A program made the position numbers and the translations under genes. A stretch of DNA of 64,000 bases from Acidobacteriota bacterium (GTDB lineage: Bacteria > Acidobacteriota > Blastocatellia > RBC074): positions 727 to 64,726 of the forward strand of contig JAJVID010000143.1 of the NCBI GenBank assembly GCA_022072205.1, given 5' to 3'. Shown piece after piece: positions 10,128-20,615 of the stretch. Numbering within the stretch: position 1 is the first letter of the stretch; every line of letters starts with the position of its first letter. The notes below the pieces were generated by a model. The model did not search any database and was not told where the DNA came from. It saw only the letters and a program-made list of their open reading frames with translations.

Positions 10128-11204
10128 TTATTCATCCAACCCAACGATCACACGTTTGGGGTCGGTGGCGTTCAGGTACGCGATCTTTGTCCCGCTGAGC
10201 AAACGCTCGGCGTCGCTGATCCTGAGCACGTTGAGCGCATCGGTGTCTTTGCGCCTGACGGCGTCGAGCACGTCGAGCGCAGCGTTCAGCCGCGTTCGGA
10301 AATCTTCTCTGCCGATCAGCACCGCCACCCGCGAATCCGCCAGCGTTAAACGCACGCTCTGGTCTTCGTCAAAATGAACTTCGTCAATGCGCGATGACAA
10401 CGGCGGCTCGCTATGGTCAAGCTCCGCCATCAATCTTTTGTACGTCATGATCCGTTGGCGATTTGTCTCGTTCGCGTTATCACCGCTTTCAGCAAGCCCG
10501 CTGATCACGGGCGGCGTCGGCCTCCCGCGCCAGTACGAACTGTCGCCGAACATGATTCCTTCATCATCAACGCACACGACCGAACTGCCTCGCCGCGCCA
10601 GCGCGACCGGCTGTCGCTCAACGATTCTCACGCGCAACCTGTTGGGCAGGAGCCGCGCGACTTCCGCTTCACGAATCAGCGGATAAGCTATGAGCTTCGA
10701 GCGAATCAGATCCAGGTCGGCGTTCAGCACGCCGCGCGATACGACCGATTTGACCATCGTCCCCACTTCCTCGGACGAGAGCAGCGTGTTTCCTTTGACG
10801 TCCACTTCCTTCAACTCGAAGAAACGCGAGCCGGCGAAAAGATGGAAGAGAACTATCAACCCCCCGATGGCCAGCAGCGAAAGCAGAATCGAGCCGCCAG
10901 TCCTGGTCACGTTTTGCGAAAATCTTTCCGGCGACAGGCGCGATAAGAGCGAGAGTTGTCGGGGGTCGCGGCGTCCTGGCGCATCTCTTCTCGGCGCTCT
11001 CTTCCGCGCGACGGGAGCGGTGGAGGCTCGCCTGGGCGCGCGAGTCTTGGCGGTGCGGCGAGGACGCGGCCTGGGTTCAGGTCTGGCCTCCTCTTCAACA
11101 CCGCGCGGCGCCAAAGCCTCTTCCTGCTCGAACTCTTCTTCCTCTTCTTCCAGCTCAAGCTCTTCAGGCTCTTCTTCCAGTTGTCTATTGCGCCTGTTTG
11201 CCAT
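10128..11204 (-). CDS. ftsQ: cell division protein FtsQ (POTRA) with ~100-aa charged N-terminal extension
   Basis: TM helix ILLSLLAIGGLIVLFHLF followed by POTRA-like FELKEVDVKGNTLLSSEEV. The first ATG is 11202-11204; the track ORF begins 6 nt earlier at TTG. Confidence 0.85.
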   Translation of the reverse strand: MANRRNRQLEEEPEELELEEEEEEFEQEEALAPRGVEEEARPEPRPRPRRTAKTRAPRRASTAPVARKRAPRRDAPGRRDPRQLSLLSRLSPERFSQNVTRTGGSILLSLLAIGGLIVLFHLFAGSRFFELKEVDVKGNTLLSSEEVGTMVKSVVSRGVLNADLDLIRSKLIAYPLIREAEVARLLPNRLRVRIVERQPVALARRGSSVVCVDDEGIMFGDSSYWRGRPTPPVISGLAESGDNANETNRQRIMTYKRLMAELDHSEPPLSSRIDEVHFDEDQSVRLTLADSRVAVLIGREDFRTRLNAALDVLDAVRRKDTDALNVLRISDAERLLSGTKIAYLNATDPKRVIVGLDE

Positions 11205-11210
11205 TGCCAA

Positions 11211-12596
11211 TCAACTCTTCATCGCTTCCAGAAATTCTTCCCCGGCCCGCCAGACATTGCCTGCGCCCAGCGTCAACACCAGATCGCCCGGTTCAACCGA
11301 ATCCAGCAATGCCTGTTTGCCCTGCTCGACTCCGCCGATGTAACGCGCGTTGCGATGCCCGAACTTTTCGATCTCTTCGGCCAGAGTCTGCGAGTTGACG
11401 CCGGGAATCGGGTCTTCACTCGCGGCGTAAATATCGCACAGCAACACGACATCGGCGTCATAAAAAGACCGCGCGAAATCTTCGTGCAGCGCAGCCGTCC
11501 GCGTGTAACGATGCGGCTGGAACAGCGCCACAAGACGGCGTCCGCTGGATTTTGCCGCCGCCAGCGTCGCGCGAATTTCGGTCGGATGGTGACCGTAATC
11601 GTCAACCACCAGAATGCCGTTCCTCTCGCCTTCAATCAGACCTTTGATTTGAAACCGCCGCTCGGCGCCGCGAAACGCTTCAAGCCCTTCGGCGATGACC
11701 TGGAAATCAACTTCCAGATCGAGGCCGACCGCAACCGCCGCCAACGCGTTGAGCACGTTGTGTTCGCCGGGCACGTGAAGTCTGATCCGTCCAAGCTCTT
11801 CGCCTTTGCGCCGCACCGCGAAATCGGAGCCGAAATTCTCGCGCGAAATCCGCACATCGAAAGCCGAAATCTCAGCGTGCGCCCGCATCCCGTAAGTAAT
11901 CACGCGCCGCGCAATCTGCGGAATGATCATCTGGATGTTCGAATCGTCCAGGCAAATGATCACCGAGCCGTAAAACGGAACCTTGTTGACGAACTGCACG
12001 AAGTAAGAGCGAATCTCTTCGATGCCGGAATAAAAGTCCAGATGCTCAAGATCAATGTTCGTGACTACGGCGATGGTCGGCGACAGCTTGAGAAAACTTT
12101 TGTCGCTCTCGTCGGCTTCGACCACCATAAAATCGCCGTGCCCCAGTTTGGCGTTGCTGCCGATGGTGTTGATACGGCCACCCACAACTATCGTCGGGTC
12201 GAGGTCAGCGCGGTCGAGCACAGTCGCCACCATCGAAGTTGTGGTCGTCTTGCCGTGCGATCCGGCGATGGCGATGCCGTATTTCAATCGCATCAACTCA
12301 GCCAGCATCTCGGCGCGCGGAATCACGGGAATCTGACGCCGCACCGCCTCGGCAACTTCGGGATTGTCGGCTCGCACCGCCGTCGAAGTGACGACGACCT
12401 GCGCGCCATCAATGTTACTCGCGCCGTGACCTTCAAAGACGCTCGCTCCCAACCCGCTCAATCGTTCGGTGATCACTGAAGCCTTCGCGTCGGAACCAGA
12501 GACGCGATAGCCCAGATTTAACAACACCTCCGCTATGCCGCTCATCCCGATGCCGCCGATCCCTACGAAGTGAATGTGCTGGTACTTTTTGAACAT
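11211..12596 (-). CDS. murC: UDP-N-acetylmuramate--L-alanine ligase
   Basis: [17 protein letters not shown] and [14 protein letters not shown] 12594-12596 ([10 protein letters not shown]) is taken as start. The longer track ORF reads through the repeat element from a TTG. Confidence 0.92.
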   Translation of the reverse strand: MFKKYQHIHFVGIGGIGMSGIAEVLLNLGYRVSGSDAKASVITERLSGLGASVFEGHGASNIDGAQVVVTSTAVRADNPEVAEAVRRQIPVIPRAEMLAELMRLKYGIAIAGSHGKTTTTSMVATVLDRADLDPTIVVGGRINTIGSNAKLGHGDFMVVEADESDKSFLKLSPTIAVVTNIDLEHLDFYSGIEEIRSYFVQFVNKVPFYGSVIICLDDSNIQMIIPQIARRVITYGMRAHAEISAFDVRISRENFGSDFAVRRKGEELGRIRLHVPGEHNVLNALAAVAVGLDLEVDFQVIAEGLEAFRGAERRFQIKGLIEGERNGILVVDDYGHHPTEIRATLAAAKSSGRRLVALFQPHRYTRTAALHEDFARSFYDADVVLLCDIYAASEDPIPGVNSQTLAEEIEKFGHRNARYIGGVEQGKQALLDSVEPGDLVLTLGAGNVWRAGEEFLEAMKS

Positions 12597-12597
12597 A

Positions 12598-12658
12598 GTG
12601 GTTGGTGGTTGGTGGTTGGTGGTTGGCCTCTTGATACCAACCACCAACCACCAACCAC
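12598..12658 (-). repeat. GTGGTTG/CAACCAC heptad hairpin filling the murG-murC junction
   Basis: (gtggttg)x4 at 12598-12625, loop gcctcttgata, then (ccaacca)x3 c at 12637-12658. The arms are complementary over 22 nt. Confidence 0.9.
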
Positions 12659-13830
12659 TACTCTCTGATTCTCATCGCCAGATCAACAACGCTCTTCGCC
12701 GCGTCCGGATGCCCCAGCCTCCTGCTGGCTTCGGCCATGCGGTTCAATTGATGCGGATCGCGGATGAGCCACAACAACTCTTTCGCCAAACGTTCGGGCG
12801 TCAACTCGGCTTGCAGAATCATTCGGCCCGCTCCGGCGCGCTCAATGGCTTCAGCGTTTTTGCGCTGATGGTCGTCAGCGGCGAACGGAAACGGAATCAT
12901 AATCGCCGGTTTGCCCGCCGCCGCAAGCTCCGCCACGGTGGTCGCCCCGGCGCGGCTGATGACCAGATCGGCGCGGGCGAATTCATCAACCATCTTTTCA
13001 ATAAAAGGCTTCACCTCGGCGTCCATGCCTGAATTTTCAAAAGCGTCGCGCACGCGGTAAAAATCGTTCTCGCCGGTTTGATGGGTGAACGACAGACGGT
13101 CTTTCTCTTCCGCAAGCAGAGGCAGCGCGCCGGCCACCGCCTCGTTGATCGCGCGCGCGCCCTGGCTGCCGCCGGTGACGAGCACGTGAACCACCCCGTT
13201 TGGATGCCCTTCGGCATGTTTGACTGGAACGTCAAAAAACTCCGCGCGAACCGGATTGCCGGTGATCTCGGCCTTCTCGCCGAAAAACCTTCTCGCTTCT
13301 TCAAACGAGACGGCGGCGGCTTTGACGAATCGCGCGAGCACGCGATTGGTGAAGCCCGGCATCGCGTTCTGCTCGGCCACCAAAGTCGGCACTTTCATCA
13401 ACGCAGCCATCAACACAACCGGCCCCGACGCGTACCCGCCGACGCCGATCACCACATCCGGCCTGACCTGTTTGATCAAAGATCGAACGGCAAGAAAACT
13501 TTTCGGCAGCATCAACAGCGACTTGACGCGTTTGACGATGCTGACGCGTTTGAGCGCGGCCACTTCGATCAATTCCAGATTGAATCCCTCGCGCGGAATG
13601 ATCTTCGTTTCAAGCCCTCTGGCCGTGCCCACGAAAAGAATCTGCGTATCCGCGTCGCGCCGCCTGAACTCCTGCGCGATGGCGACGCCGGGATAAATGT
13701 GCCCGCCAGTGCCGCCGCCAGCAATGATGACAGAGAGCGGGAGAGCGCTAGATCGCGAGAGCGCGAGAGCGGAGGACCCCACTGCGCCTTGCTCTCTCGA
13801 ATTTGACGCCTCTTGTCTCGATTCGCTCAT
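12658..13830 (-). CDS. murG: undecaprenyldiphospho-muramoylpentapeptide beta-N-acetylglucosaminyltransferase
   Basis: [12 protein letters not shown] motif. The first 30 aa are encoded by the repeat element at the ftsW/murG junction. Confidence 0.9.
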   Translation of the reverse strand: MSESRQEASNSREQGAVGSSALALSRSSALPLSVIIAGGGTGGHIYPGVAIAQEFRRRDADTQILFVGTARGLETKIIPREGFNLELIEVAALKRVSIVKRVKSLLMLPKSFLAVRSLIKQVRPDVVIGVGGYASGPVVLMAALMKVPTLVAEQNAMPGFTNRVLARFVKAAAVSFEEARRFFGEKAEITGNPVRAEFFDVPVKHAEGHPNGVVHVLVTGGSQGARAINEAVAGALPLLAEEKDRLSFTHQTGENDFYRVRDAFENSGMDAEVKPFIEKMVDEFARADLVISRAGATTVAELAAAGKPAIMIPFPFAADDHQRKNAEAIERAGAGRMILQAELTPERLAKELLWLIRDPHQLNRMAEASRRLGHPDAAKSVVDLAMRIRE

Positions 13831-13866
13831 CTCCCGCTCTCCCGCTCTCGCGATCTCCCGCTTTCG
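13732..13866 (-). repeat. 8-nt-periodic imperfect palindrome spanning the ftsW stop and murG start
   Basis: Left arm 13732-13774 (agagagcg ggagagcg ctagatcg cgagagcg cgagagcg). Right arm 13831-13866 (ctcccgct ctcccgct ctcgcgat ctcccgct). About 27 nt are complementary with a few mismatches. Confidence 0.8.
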
Positions 13867-14995
13867 ATTCCCTGCTCTGACACATTCAACAGGATTCCGA
13901 CTGACGCCAGCGCAGTGATCAGCGACGATCCGCCCGCGCTGATGAACGGAAGCGTGATGCCTTTGGCCGGAACCAGATTCAACGCCACGCTGATATTGAA
14001 AAACGCCTGGATTACGATGCTCGTGGTCAACCCGACGGCGAGCAGCATCCCCAGACGATCAGGCGCGCGGAATCCGGCGCGCAACCCACGCCACAAAAAG
14101 AATCCGAAGACGAGCACCAGCGTCGCCGCGCCAGCCAACCCAAGCTCTTCCGAGATCACCGAGAAAATAAAATCCGATTGCGGCTCCGGCAGAAATGCAA
14201 GCTTCTGTCTGCCCTGCCCGAACCCGAGTCCGTTCATTCCGCCTGAGCCGACCGCCGTCAACGATTGCAAAATCTGATAGCCTTTGCCGCGCGGATCGCG
14301 TTCGGGATCGAGGAAAACCAGCACGCGATCCCAACGCCAGACGACTTTGACAACAAGGAAGACGAGCACAGCAGCCAGTATCGGCGAGAGCTTGTACAAA
14401 TGTCTCGCAGGCGCGCCAGCGGCGAACAGCATAGTCAGAAAGATGACGCCGAGCATCAGCGTCGTTCCCAAATCAGGCTCTTTCAAAATCAACACAGCCA
14501 GCAATCCCATCACCACGCTGGCCGGAGCGATAGTCGCCCAGAAATTTTCCAGATCGCCGTCGCGCTCGCGTTCCGACAGAAACCACGCCAGGAAAATTAC
14601 CAGAGCGATTTTCGCCAGTTCCGACGGCTGCGCCGAAAAGCCTTTGAAAAGTATCCACCGGTGCGCGTTGTTGACTTTCGGAAACAGGAAGACCACGAGC
14701 AGCAGGATGACGCAGGCGCCAAGAAACCCGTAAACGACGCTTGGTTGCGCGAGCCTGTGATAATCAATGCGACGCAACACGAGCATTGCGATCAGCCCCA
14801 TCGCCGCATAGCGAATTTGCCCATACAAAAACGCATTCGGATTTTTGGTTCCAGCCGATGCGCTGTAAACCATAATCACTCCGAACAACGTCAGGCCGAT
14901 GGCCGCCGCCGCGAGCCACAAATCCCAGCGCAACTCTTCAGTAGTCTGTAACAAATTTTTACGGGAGCTTTTCGTCATTGGGGGAATCTCGAATC

Positions 14996-14999
<4 letters not shown>
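13827..14999 (-). CDS. ftsW: peptidoglycan glycosyltransferase FtsW (SEDS family)
   Basis: Multi-TM SEDS sequence located between murD and murG. The track start is TTG 14999, overlapping the murD stop as TTGA. ATG 14978 (MTKSSRK) is an alternative start. Confidence 0.88.

Positions 15000-15004
<5 letters not shown>
14984..15004 (-). repeat. three heptads at the murD/ftsW junction
   Basis: gaatctc gaatctc aaatccc. Confidence 0.6.
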
Positions 15005-16354
<1,350 letters not shown>

Positions 16355-16377
16355 TCAAGGAGCGGCACGGCGCCGAT

Positions 16378-17481
16378 TTATCTCAGCTTCAAAGTCGAAA
16401 GACTCAATAATGCGAAGAGAATCGCGACGATCAAAAATCTAAAAACGATCTTCGGCTCCTTCCATCCCAACAGCTCGAAGTGATGGTGGATCGGCGCCAT
16501 CTTGAAGACGCGCTTCTTGCGAAGCTTGAAAAAACCGACCTGGATCATCACTGACAGGCCTTCGAGCACGAAGACTCCGCCCAGAATCGGCAAGACCAGC
16601 TCCTGTTTAATCAACACAGCCATTGTGCCGAGCGCGCCGCCGATGCCCAGGCTGCCGACATCGCCCATGAAAACTTCGGCCTGAGGGGCGTTGAACCACA
16701 GAAATCCCAGGCTCGCGCCGATAAGCGCTCCGCCGAAAGTCGTCACCTCCCACACGCCCGGCGTGTGCGGGATGCCCAGATAATTGGCGAACTGCGCGTG
16801 CCCCGTCACGTAAACGAAGCCGGTCAGCGCCGAAGCCGCCACGACCGTCACGCTGATCGCCAGGCCGTCGAGTCCGTCGGTCAGGTTGACCGTGTTCGAC
16901 GTGGCGATCAGAACGAAAATGATGAAGGCCGAATAACCCCAGACCGTCAGATTTGGTTGAAGGTTCTTAAAGAACGGCACGTAAAGCACCGATGTGAAAT
17001 CGGTCACGGTGAAAAGCAGCGCGCTCACTGCGGCTCCGACCAGCAATTGTCCGGCGATTTTCTGCCTGCCCGTCAAACCCAGACTGCGCTTTTTGATGAT
17101 CTTTATGTAATCGTCCGCGAAACCTATCGCCCCACAACCAACCATTCCCAGCAGAGCTATCCATACCGCCGGGCTTTTCAAGTTCGCCCACAGCAGAGTC
17201 GAGATGACAACCGAGCCGATGATCATCACCCCGCCCATCGTCGGAGTGCCGCGCTTGGCCTGATGCGACGCGGGACCTTCCTCACGAATCTCCTGGCCGA
17301 ATTTGAATTCGCGCAGTTTGCGGATCACCAGCGGCCCGAAGATCAGACTCAGCGCCAGCGCGGTGATCGCCGCGTAAGCCGTGCGGAACGTGACGTACTG
17401 AAAAACGTTCAACGCTTTCAACAGGGGGAATTGCGTAGCGTATTTTCGAAAGAGCACTTCGTAAAAAATGTAATAGAACAT
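16378..17481 (-). CDS. mraY: phospho-N-acetylmuramoyl-pentapeptide-transferase
   Basis: 10-TM protein with [19 protein letters not shown] and HHHFEL motifs. Confidence 0.93.
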   Translation of the reverse strand: MFYYIFYEVLFRKYATQFPLLKALNVFQYVTFRTAYAAITALALSLIFGPLVIRKLREFKFGQEIREEGPASHQAKRGTPTMGGVMIIGSVVISTLLWANLKSPAVWIALLGMVGCGAIGFADDYIKIIKKRSLGLTGRQKIAGQLLVGAAVSALLFTVTDFTSVLYVPFFKNLQPNLTVWGYSAFIIFVLIATSNTVNLTDGLDGLAISVTVVAASALTGFVYVTGHAQFANYLGIPHTPGVWEVTTFGGALIGASLGFLWFNAPQAEVFMGDVGSLGIGGALGTMAVLIKQELVLPILGGVFVLEGLSVMIQVGFFKLRKKRVFKMAPIHHHFELLGWKEPKIVFRFLIVAILFALLSLSTLKLR

Positions 17482-17511
17482 TTGCTCTTACGCTTTCCCT
17501 TCATTGCGTTT

Positions 17512-18960
17512 TTATGTTTTCGCCGGGCCGAATGCGGCCTTCAATCTTTCAACCACTCTCTCCGTCCGCACTCCGCGCGACCCTTTAACCAGAATCAGAT
17601 CGCCCGGAACAGCGTCGGCGATCAACGACTCCGCAGCGGCTTCGGGCGTTTCGTAAAAGCTCGCCTGCGTTCCGCCGATTCCCGAAGCTTCGACCGCGCC
17701 GGAGATTAACTCGCTCGCCAGACCGCGCACACCAACCAAAACTTCAATGCCCATCGCGGCGATTTCGCGGCCGCATTGGCGATGCAGTTCAGCCCCCTGG
17801 GCGCCGAGTTCCAGCATCTCGCCCGCGACGACCACACGACGTTTGAATCCTTTCGCGTCGAGCATTGCGCGAACCGATTGAATGAGCGCTGACGGATTCG
17901 AGTTGTACGAATCATCAATCACCGTGACGCCGTTTGCAAAGCGGATCAACTCGCCACGCATTTTCGACGGCGCGGACGCCGCGAGCCGCTCGGCGATCTG
18001 TTCAACAGAAATGCCGAAATATTGCGCGACCGCAGCCGCCGCGAGCGCGTTGTAAACGTTGTGGCGGCCTATCAACGGCAACTTCACTTCGACTTCGCCG
18101 TCCGGAGTTTTCAAAATGAATCGCGTCCCGCTCAGGTCGTCCGCGCCCGCAATTTCGCGCGCCGTCACATCGGCTTTTGATTCGACGCCGAAGCTGATGA
18201 TGGCAATATCGTCGCGCCGCTCGCGCATCCGGATCACCAGCGGATCGTCAGCGTTCAGCGCCGCCGCGCCGCCGGTCTTGACGCCGTCAATCATCTCGGC
18301 TTTGGCGCGCGCCACGCGCTGCGGCGAGCCGAAGAATTCGATGTGCGCGGTTCCGACGTTGCCGACGACGCCGACTTCGGGCGGCGCGATGTCAACCAGC
18401 CGCGCGATCTCGCCGAAAGAACTCATTCCCATTTCGAGCACGGCGAAATCGTAATCGGCGGGTTTCGCTCCGCCGCTGATCATTCGCGCGACGGTCAGCG
18501 GCAGCCCGTAACCAGTGTTCAAATTGCCCAGCGATTTCAGAACGTTTCCCGCCGCGCCCAGGCAATGCGCAATCAAATCCTTCATCGTCGTCTTGCCCGC
18601 GCTGGCCGTGACGCCAACAACGGGCCGATGCCATTTTGCGATCACCCGCGCGGCCAATTGCTGAAACGCGCAGAGCGTGTTTTCGACGAAGAGCAGTTTG
18701 TCGGCGTAATCGCCAAGGGCGCCCTGTCTTAAAACCAACGGCAAACGGTGATGAACTACCATCGCGCCGCACGCGCCTTTTTCAAAGACCTCTCGAACGA
18801 ACTGATGACCATCAACCCGTTCGCCGGGGATCGCCACGAATAATTCACCCGGCTTTATCGCGCGCGAATCAATCGTGAAGCCCGCCGGTTCGGTCTCCGC
18901 CAGATTGTCATTCAACATTTGGCTAGCGCCGCACAATCGCGCGATCTCGCTTAACTTCAC
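17512..18960 (-). CDS. murF: UDP-N-acetylmuramoyl-tripeptide--D-alanyl-D-alanine ligase
   Basis: Mur ligase P-loop [11 protein letters not shown] and position between murE and mraY. Confidence 0.9.
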   Translation of the reverse strand: MKLSEIARLCGASQMLNDNLAETEPAGFTIDSRAIKPGELFVAIPGERVDGHQFVREVFEKGACGAMVVHHRLPLVLRQGALGDYADKLLFVENTLCAFQQLAARVIAKWHRPVVGVTASAGKTTMKDLIAHCLGAAGNVLKSLGNLNTGYGLPLTVARMISGGAKPADYDFAVLEMGMSSFGEIARLVDIAPPEVGVVGNVGTAHIEFFGSPQRVARAKAEMIDGVKTGGAAALNADDPLVIRMRERRDDIAIISFGVESKADVTAREIAGADDLSGTRFILKTPDGEVEVKLPLIGRHNVYNALAAAAVAQYFGISVEQIAERLAASAPSKMRGELIRFANGVTVIDDSYNSNPSALIQSVRAMLDAKGFKRRVVVAGEMLELGAQGAELHRQCGREIAAMGIEVLVGVRGLASELISGAVEASGIGGTQASFYETPEAAAESLIADAVPGDLILVKGSRGVRTERVVERLKAAFGPAKT

Positions 18961-18971
18961 TCTTTACTCCA

Positions 18972-19009
18972 ATGGGACTTATAAAACTCATAGGACCTAT
19001 AAGTCCCAT
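18972..19009 (-). repeat. 12-bp inverted repeat in the murE-murF spacer
   Basis: atgggacttata (18972-18983) pairs with tataagtcccat (18998-19009). It is followed by tccca-containing units up to the murE stop. Confidence 0.7.
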
Positions 19010-19034
19010 AAATCCCATTTATGACATCCCAGGG

Positions 19035-20594
19035 CTAAGCGCCGTTCTTCCTGACGCCGCCGTTTCTCAATCTTTTTCTTTCGGCCAACGCCTCGCGCGC
19101 GACTTCGCGGTCATCGAAATGAATCTTGCCCGTCGGCAGAATTTGATAAGTCTCGTGGCCTTTGCCGGCGATCACGATCACATCGCCCGGCCTCGCCTGC
19201 ATGATCGCGCGGAAGATGGCTTCGCGCCGGTCAACCATCAGATCGTAATTTTTGCCGACGCGCGCAAGACCGACTCTGATGTCGTTCAGGATCAGCAATG
19301 GGTCTTCGCTGCGCGGATTGTCGGAGGTGGCGATCACGAAATCGCTCAGCCGCGCGGCCTCTTCGCCCATCACCGGGCGTTTGGCGCGGTCACGGTCGCC
19401 GCCGCATCCGAAGACCGTGATCACGCGGCCTTTGGGCTTGCAACCGTTCTGAGCGGCCTGCGCGTCGCGCACCGTTCGCAGCGTGTTGGTCAGCGCGTCC
19501 GGCGTATGCGCGTAATCAACGATGACGGTGATGTCTTCGCCGTTTCCGTTTGAGATCACACGCTCGAACCTGCCCGGCACTCCGGGACATTGATTGACGC
19601 CGCGCGCAATTGTCTCGCAATCGAAGCCAAGCGCAAGCCCGGCCCCGATGGCGCAGAGCGCGTTGTAAGCGTGCGGGCGTCCGACCAGCGGCGAATTGAT
19701 CCTGACCGCGCCGAAGGGTGTACGCGCGACAAAATGCAGCCCGTCCAGCCCGAAGTTTCTGTCATCGGTCGTGACGTCGGCTTTGGCGTCGAGCGCATAG
19801 GTCATCGCCGTTTCGCCGCACAGCGCTTTCAACTCGGCGCCGCGCGGATCGTCGAGATTGATGATCGAGCGCGCCGGGCGCTTGCCGATGCGGCCGTCAA
19901 AGAGCTTCTGTTTCGCGGCGAAGTAGGATTCCATCGTGTTGTGAAAATCCAGATGATCCTGCGTCAGGTTCGTGAACGCCGCCGCCGCGAATTCCAGTTC
20001 GTCGGCGCGATGCATATCCAGCGCGATTGACGAAACCTCCATCACCGCGTGTGTCACGCCCACCGCAACCGCGCGCCGCAGAAAGTCCTGAAGTTCGGAA
20101 GCTTCCGGCGTCGTAAAATCGGCGTCAACCTGCTCTTCGCCGATGCGGTAATTGATCGTGCCCATCATCGCCGACTTTTTCCCGGCGGCTTTGAAAATGG
20201 ATTCGATCAGATGCGCCGTAGTCGTTTTGCCGTTCGTGCCCGTCAATCCCACGAGCGCGAGTTTGCGCGATGGATGGCCGTGAACCAGCGCAGCGGCTTT
20301 CGCCAGCGCCCGTCGCGCGTCAGCCACGCGCAGCCACGCGATGGAGTTCGCGCCTGAAAGATCGGCGGGCCGCGCCTTTTCTGAAACAATCGCTATCGCG
20401 CCGCGTTTCGCCGCTTCCCCGACGAACTGATTTCCATCAGCGTGCGCGCCGGTTACAGCGACGAAAATACCCCCCGGCATCACGCGGCGCGAATCGTGTG
20501 TGACAATCGAACTCGAGGCGTCCACCACAGCATCCAGATTTGCGCCATTCCCCTGCGCGTCAATGTAGTCCGCGATGTCACGAAGTGTTGGCAT
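19035..20594 (-). CDS. murE: UDP-N-acetylmuramoyl-L-alanyl-D-glutamate--2,6-diaminopimelate ligase
   Basis: GTNGKTTT P-loop; C-terminal DNPR motif ([11 protein letters not shown]), typical of meso-DAP-adding MurE. Confidence 0.9.
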   Translation of the reverse strand: MPTLRDIADYIDAQGNGANLDAVVDASSSIVTHDSRRVMPGGIFVAVTGAHADGNQFVGEAAKRGAIAIVSEKARPADLSGANSIAWLRVADARRALAKAAALVHGHPSRKLALVGLTGTNGKTTTAHLIESIFKAAGKKSAMMGTINYRIGEEQVDADFTTPEASELQDFLRRAVAVGVTHAVMEVSSIALDMHRADELEFAAAAFTNLTQDHLDFHNTMESYFAAKQKLFDGRIGKRPARSIINLDDPRGAELKALCGETAMTYALDAKADVTTDDRNFGLDGLHFVARTPFGAVRINSPLVGRPHAYNALCAIGAGLALGFDCETIARGVNQCPGVPGRFERVISNGNGEDITVIVDYAHTPDALTNTLRTVRDAQAAQNGCKPKGRVITVFGCGGDRDRAKRPVMGEEAARLSDFVIATSDNPRSEDPLLILNDIRVGLARVGKNYDLMVDRREAIFRAIMQARPGDVIVIAGKGHETYQILPTGKIHFDDREVAREALAERKRLRNGGVRKNGA

Positions 20595-20615
20595 AATGAA
20601 TCCCCATCCGGGGAG

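Noticed and set aside
10956-12479. Long ORFs antisense to confirmed genes. Examples: 10956-12479(+), 15584-16483(+), 16765-17709(+), 21042-22187(+), 27222-28025(-), 29304-30347(-), 40476-41525(+), 45571-46395(+), 47007-47825(+), 48482-49585(+), 52075-53046(+), 53128-53976(+), 57375-58526(+), 62854-63867(-).
   Set aside because: All lie opposite genes with strong family motifs. Their translations are R/H/D/G-rich and low-complexity with no motifs, which is the typical shadow-ORF pattern of high-GC DNA.
12433-13032. Trp/Gly-rich ORFs such as MVVGGWY..., ...[18 protein letters not shown], ...WWLVVGGWW (32134-32337) and [15 protein letters not shown] (58282-58635).
   Set aside because: These are translations of the heptad repeat arms. 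A 7-nt period gives a 7-aa periodic peptide in any frame. They overlap real genes and lack start signals.
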